20,392 nt of DNA from Acidobacteriota bacterium. GTDB taxonomy: Bacteria > Acidobacteriota > UBA6911 > JACQSX01. Shown here in pieces: positions 16,107 through 20,392 of this stretch. Each line of letters starts with the position of its first letter. Position 1 is the stretch's first letter. Made by a program: the position numbers and the translations under genes. The stretch is from the NCBI GenBank assembly GCA_036507075.1, contig DASXQR010000093.1, positions 1 through 20,392 of the forward strand. Direction: 5' to 3'. The notes beneath the pieces are model-generated. The model ran no database searches, was not told the origin of the DNA, and was given only the letters and a program-made list of their open reading frames with translations.

Positions 16107-19100
16107 TCACCGTCGCAGATTCGCAGCCTGCAGGAAGGCAATAATGTCAGCCACATCCTGGCGGCTTAGAGACTGTTCCAGGCCTTCGGGCATCAGTGAC
16201 ACGCGCGAGGCGCGAAGGTCGACAATATTGGCGCGCAGGATCGTTTCATCCTCCGAATTGCCTGAGCGGAGCGTGAGGGTCCCGGGAGTTTCTGAAACCA
16301 CCACCCCGTCGTGGATTCCGCCGTCACGCGTGGTGACGATGTAATTGATGTAGCGCGGCTCGATGACGCGGCTCGGATCCAGAATGCTTCGCAGCAACTG
16401 CTCTTTGGTCTGGCTGCTGACGCCGGACAGATCCGGGCCTGCTTGTTTCCCTTTTCTCGGCAGATGGCAGCGCGCGCAATTCTTCTCGAACCCGGCCCGC
16501 CCTCGCACGGCATCGCCATGCAGAGTGATCGCGGTACGGTACGACTCAAGGACAGCCGGCCGCGCTCCCGCTTCCACCTTGAACAACCGGCCGGCGCGCT
16601 GTGCGATTTGTCCATCCGGATTCTGTACCAGCTTTATCTGCTGCGGCAGTTCCAGCGCGTTGGGCTCGACCTGCCTGCGTTCGATAGCGTCAAGCAACAG
16701 AACGATGCGATCATTCCGGCTCAGGAGCGCATCGAGAGCCGATTTCCTGACTTCCGGAGTCCATCCCGCCCACCGGGCCAGGAGCATCGGTCCCACCGAA
16801 GAATCTTCGAAGGAAGCCAGCGACCTGATGGTTAGAGAAATCAGATCCGGATCTCTTTCCGCAGCCAGGAGCCGTTCAAAGACAGGTCTGACCACCGGGA
16901 AGCTACCTGTGGCCAGAAACTGGATCGCCTGTTTTCGCTGCTCGGGCGGTGTGCGCGCATCCGCCGACTGCCGCACCGCCGAGTCTATCAAGGCCTTGAT
17001 TTCAAAATGCCGGGCCACAGCGCGAGCCGCCCCCTTTACCTCTTCTGAACCGCGGGCAAGCAGTTGTGTGAGTGATCTTTCCGCTGCAGGCAACTGCAGC
17101 CGGCGAACCGTCGACAAATTCATGCCTCTGGCCAGACCCTCCAGGCCCGCAACCTGTAATTGCTCATTTCTGAGCCGCTTCTCTTCGGCCAGCAATCGGA
17201 TGAAGCGTCCGGTTTCATCTTTGTCGTTGCGAGCGCCGATCACTGCGGCCAGTTGATCCAGAAATTTTGCGGCTCCCGCCTTCTCAAAAAAAGGCCCGGC
17301 CGGTCCGGAAGCGGAAGCACTCCTGTCCTGTCCCAGAAGTGTTTCCAGCATGCGCACGCCGGATCCCTGCGACGAACTCAATACCGCGGTGCGAAACCAG
17401 CGGTCGTCCGGATACCGGGCCAGTATTTTCGCCATGGGCCCCATCGAGACGCTTTCGGGAAACTGGCCGAGGCTCAAAACAAGCTGCAGTTGAACCCTGG
17501 GAGATTCGTCCTGCCACATAGAAGCCAGCGCGCCGGCCAACGGCGGATATTTTTCCGCCAGTATCACCGCATGCTCGCGCACACCGGGATGCGAATCCTT
17601 CAAGGCCGCCTGCACCAGGTCCTTATCCAGGGAGTTGAGTCCGTCAATCGCGTACAGTGCATGCAGCTGTCCCTGGGGGGACGGGCTTCGCACGAACATG
17701 TCGCGCAGTGCAGGCACAACGGATGTGTCCTGCCGCTCCAGAATTAGACGCTGTGCCGTCAGCCTCCACCAGCGGTTGCGGTGCTCCAGCAGAGCAACCA
17801 GCTCGCTCGTGGCGGTCCGGCTCAGATGAGGGCGCGCGGGTCTGGAAGCACGGCTGTCTTTCGGCACGATTCGATAGATCCGGCCGAGATCGTCCCCGCT
17901 GTAAAAATTCATGTTCTTCTTCAAATCTTCAGGAACCGATTCAGGAGTTTCGATGAACTCCCGATACATGTCTGTGAAGTACAAAGCTCCATCCGGGCCG
18001 GTGGTGAAATTGCACGGGCGAAACCAGGGATCCGTCGACGCCAGAAATTCTTTGTCCTGCTCGCCTCCGCTGCGCGACGCGGTAAAGCTGCCGCCTGTTG
18101 TCTTGAGAATGTCGCGGTGAATCAAATTCCCGGCGACATCCCCGGTGAAAAGACTGCCGTAGTATTCCTCGGGCAGGGCCTCGCCGGCATAAACCGTTCC
18201 CCCTGAAGCGCCGGTGAAATATCCCGCCACGATTTCTACTCGGTTTGAGTTGTTTTCTCGAAAACGCTGCTGGCGCATCGCAGTACGGACCTTCCGCCAG
18301 TACTGCGGCGGCGTGAGCTGGAACATCCGCGCCGATGGTTTCCCATGATCGGAGATGTCCTCGGCCAGGTCGCCTGCGGCCAGCAGGGGGTTGCGCAGCA
18401 GATATCGTCGCGGCAGAACCACCGCGCGCACGTGAATGGTATTTTGTGTGATGAAACGATGGCCCCAGTCGTCCATGGTCAGGCCGAATTGCGCCGGACC
18501 CGATTCGGCTTCGAACAACCCGCGGTCGAGGCGAAATCGAAAATCAGCTCCGAGAACGGAAACCGGCGGAGTCCCCGGCTGATCGAGAAAGCGAATGTTT
18601 CCCTGTTGCCCATTGTTGGATGCATAAATCCAGTTATCGACCCCAAAGCGAAGGTTGGTAATCCGGCTTTCCGGATTGACGATGGCAAAACCGGTAAACA
18701 GCACGCGCCGCAGGTCTGCTTTTCCATCGCCGTTTTCATCCTTCAGATACAGGATGTCGGGTGCTGCCGTTACGATCACGCCGCCCTTCCACGGCAGAAT
18801 ACTAGTGACTTCCAGCAGGTTGTCCGCAAAGAGAGTTGACCGATCAACGCGGCCGTCCCCATCGACATCTTCCAGCAGGCGGATGCGGCTGCGCGGATGT
18901 TTTCCCGGCGGAGGATCCTCTGGATAATCCCGCATTTCGGCGACGTAGGCGCGGCCATCTTCATCAAAGGTGATTTCTACCGGATCCACAACATCGGGTT
19001 CCGATGCGAAGAGTTCAACGCGCAGCCGATCATCGCTGAGCTTGAAGGTGGCGATGGATCCCTGGGGCGTCAGTGCACCGGGCCCCTGCCTGCGGGAACA

Positions 19101-19229
19101 CCCCGCAGAAAGCAGGAGGCAGGAAGCGGAAAGCAGAAGGCAGAAGGCGGAAGGCGGAAAGCGGGGGCCGGAAGACTGAAGGCGCTGAAATCCGAGCCGC
19201 GCGCGTAAGCAAGCGGATCTTCGATCCAT
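16107..19229 (-). CDS. PVC-type heme-binding CxxCH protein (dehydrogenase-like propeller, HEAT-like repeats, cytochrome c domain); start uncertain
   Basis: LFASEPDVVDPV..FDEDGR.YVAEM.DYP; DPWFRP...GPDGALY..DMYR; GRIYRI; C-terminal GDAVRG..F...CARCH...GPDLS...SILDPS..I.P.Y...SLMPEGLE. Confidence 0.92.
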   Translation of the reverse strand: MDRRSACLRARLGFQRLQSSGPRFPPSAFCLLLSASCLLLSAGCSRRQGPGALTPQGSIATFKLSDDRLRVELFASEPDVVDPVEITFDEDGRAYVAEMRDYPEDPPPGKHPRSRIRLLEDVDGDGRVDRSTLFADNLLEVTSILPWKGGVIVTAAPDILYLKDENGDGKADLRRVLFTGFAIVNPESRITNLRFGVDNWIYASNNGQQGNIRFLDQPGTPPVSVLGADFRFRLDRGLFEAESGPAQFGLTMDDWGHRFITQNTIHVRAVVLPRRYLLRNPLLAAGDLAEDISDHGKPSARMFQLTPPQYWRKVRTAMRQQRFRENNSNRVEIVAGYFTGASGGTVYAGEALPEEYYGSLFTGDVAGNLIHRDILKTTGGSFTASRSGGEQDKEFLASTDPWFRPCNFTTGPDGALYFTDMYREFIETPESVPEDLKKNMNFYSGDDLGRIYRIVPKDSRASRPARPHLSRTATSELVALLEHRNRWWRLTAQRLILERQDTSVVPALRDMFVRSPSPQGQLHALYAIDGLNSLDKDLVQAALKDSHPGVREHAVILAEKYPPLAGALASMWQDESPRVQLQLVLSLGQFPESVSMGPMAKILARYPDDRWFRTAVLSSSQGSGVRMLETLLGQDRSASASGPAGPFFEKAGAAKFLDQLAAVIGARNDKDETGRFIRLLAEEKRLRNEQLQVAGLEGLARGMNLSTVRRLQLPAAERSLTQLLARGSEEVKGAARAVARHFEIKALIDSAVRQSADARTPPEQRKQAIQFLATGSFPVVRPVFERLLAAERDPDLISLTIRSLASFEDSSVGPMLLARWAGWTPEVRKSALDALLSRNDRIVLLLDAIERRQVEPNALELPQQIKLVQNPDGQIAQRAGRLFKVEAGARPAVLESYRTAITLHGDAVRGRAGFEKNCARCHLPRKGKQAGPDLSGVSSQTKEQLLRSILDPSRVIEPRYINYIVTTRDGGIHDGVVVSETPGTLTLRSGNSEDETILRANIVDLRASRVSLMPEGLEQSLSRQDVADIIAFLQAANLRR
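19105..19160 (+). repeat. heptamer tandem repeat x8 inside the signal-peptide coding region
   Basis: GCAGAAA GCAGGAG GCAGGAA GCGGAAA GCAGAAG GCAGAAG GCGGAAG GCGGAAA; same family as 15903-15944. Confidence 0.88.
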
Positions 19230-19247
19230 CGTGTTGCACCAGTTGAG

Positions 19248-19327
19248 CACGAATTACACGAATTACACGAATTTCACGAATCTTTCAAATAACTTCGTGA
19301 AAATTCGTGAAATTCGTGTAATTCGTG
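19248..19327. repeat. inverted array of CACGAATT(A/T) nonamers (4+4 units)
   Basis: CACGAATTA CACGAATTA CACGAATTT CACGAAT ... TTCGTG AAAATTCGTG AAATTCGTG TAATTCGTG, lying between divergent genes. Confidence 0.92.
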
Positions 19328-19510
19328 TTTCAAAGACGGGCAGCAGCGCACTGGGGATTCCACGATGTCTGAGCGCGAACGCAGTGAGCGACTATTCAAG
19401 GCAAGTCAGGAATGCAGCGGCAGAGAGCTATAATGGCGCATTCCATCGGTCAAAGCATTCTCGTGACAAAACACTTTCGACAAAGACCCCAGCGGTCTGG
19501 AGGAGCAAAA

Positions 19511-20356
19511 ATGCCAGAATTTCGCTTGCAGCAGTTGGAAGGCGTCCGAAACCTCGGATGCGGTTTCAAAGTAGTCGGGATCGTAATCGTGTTACTGATT
19601 TTTTTCCTGTTTGCCAACCCGATCAGGATCATCCCCGCCGGTCACATCGGCGTGAAAGATTTGTTCGGCAGGGTGTCATCGGACGTTCTGTCGCCCGGCG
19701 TCCGCCTTGTCTTTCCTCTGACGCGCGTCATAAAGATGAGCGTGCAGACCCAGGAAATCAAAGAGGCTGCCGAAGTGCCTTCCAAAGAGGGACTGACCAT
19801 GGATCTGGAGGTCTCGTTGCTTTACCGACTTGATCCTGAAATGGCCGACGACATTTACCGCACCGTGGGCCGCGATTACCAGAGCGTCGCCATCGAGCCG
19901 CAGATTCGGTCCGCCATCCGCGAGATTACCGCGTCGTATGAAGCCAAGGCACTCTACTCGGCGGAACGTGAAAAAATCGCCAGGGAGATTTTTGAACTGT
20001 TCAGGAAAATCTCCAGTAACCGGGGCATTATCAGCGAAACCGTGCTGCTGCGCAAGATCGGTCTGCCGACGGTGGTGGCAAATGCAATCCAGGAGAAACT
20101 TCGCCGCGAGCAGGAAGCCGAGCAGATGAAATTCGTGCTGCAAAAGGAACAGCAGGAAGCCGAGCGCAAGCGGATCGAAGCGCAGGGTGTGGCCGACTTC
20201 CAGCGCATCGTGGCGGCCGGAATCAGCCCGCAGCTTCTGGAATGGAAAGGAATCGAAGCAACCGAAAAGCTGGCCGCCAGCCAGAACACAAAGATCGTGG
20301 TGATTGGCAATCCGAAGTCGGGATTGCCGCTGATATTGGGGGGAGAGAGTCGCTAG
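19511..20356 (+). CDS. SPFH/band-7/prohibitin family protein
   Basis: Start ATG 19511 with SD GGAGGAG; N-terminal TM; IIPAGHIGV..LFG.V....L.PG; SKEGL; coiled coil QEAEQMKFVLQKEQQEAERKRIEAQG; WKGIEAT. Confidence 0.93.
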   Translation: MPEFRLQQLEGVRNLGCGFKVVGIVIVLLIFFLFANPIRIIPAGHIGVKDLFGRVSSDVLSPGVRLVFPLTRVIKMSVQTQEIKEAAEVPSKEGLTMDLEVSLLYRLDPEMADDIYRTVGRDYQSVAIEPQIRSAIREITASYEAKALYSAEREKIAREIFELFRKISSNRGIISETVLLRKIGLPTVVANAIQEKLRREQEAEQMKFVLQKEQQEAERKRIEAQGVADFQRIVAAGISPQLLEWKGIEATEKLAASQNTKIVVIGNPKSGLPLILGGESR

Positions 20357-20357
20357 T

Positions 20358-20392
20358 TTGTCCGTTGTCCGTGGTCCGTTGTCCGTGGTCCG
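20358..20392 (+). repeat. heptamer tandem repeat T(T/G)GTCCG x5, running off the window edge
   Basis: TTGTCCG TTGTCCG TGGTCCG TTGTCCG TGGTCCG, starting 1 nt after the SPFH stop codon. Confidence 0.9.

Overview
Bacterial window, probably Acidobacteriota-like (inferred from PadR plus ADOP-type duplicated permeases, an acidobacterial-type VWA protein and a PVC-type heme-binding CxxCH protein). A tRNA-Lys(CTT) at 14503-14578 (-) splits it in two. To the right are intact genes: an MFS transporter, the heme-binding dehydrogenase-like protein and an SPFH/prohibitin protein. To the left is a ~14.5 kb patchwork. It holds intact envelope or secreted-protein genes (FG-GAP propeller, VWA, TIMP-like/carboxypeptidase-regulatory protein, serine hydrolase, PadR-ADOP, GAF) and at least six broken genes, some absent from the ORF track. 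The intergenic DNA is dense in small structured repeats: a REP-like hairpin family (4 copies), MITE-like inverted repeats, heptamer tandem tracts and a divergent 'CRC every 8-10 nt' family. Several gene breakpoints coincide with these repeats, and one heptamer tract encodes the hydrophobic core of a predicted signal peptide. No transposase, integrase, CRISPR array or rRNA is visible. All protein calls come from motif recognition by eye, not from database searches.
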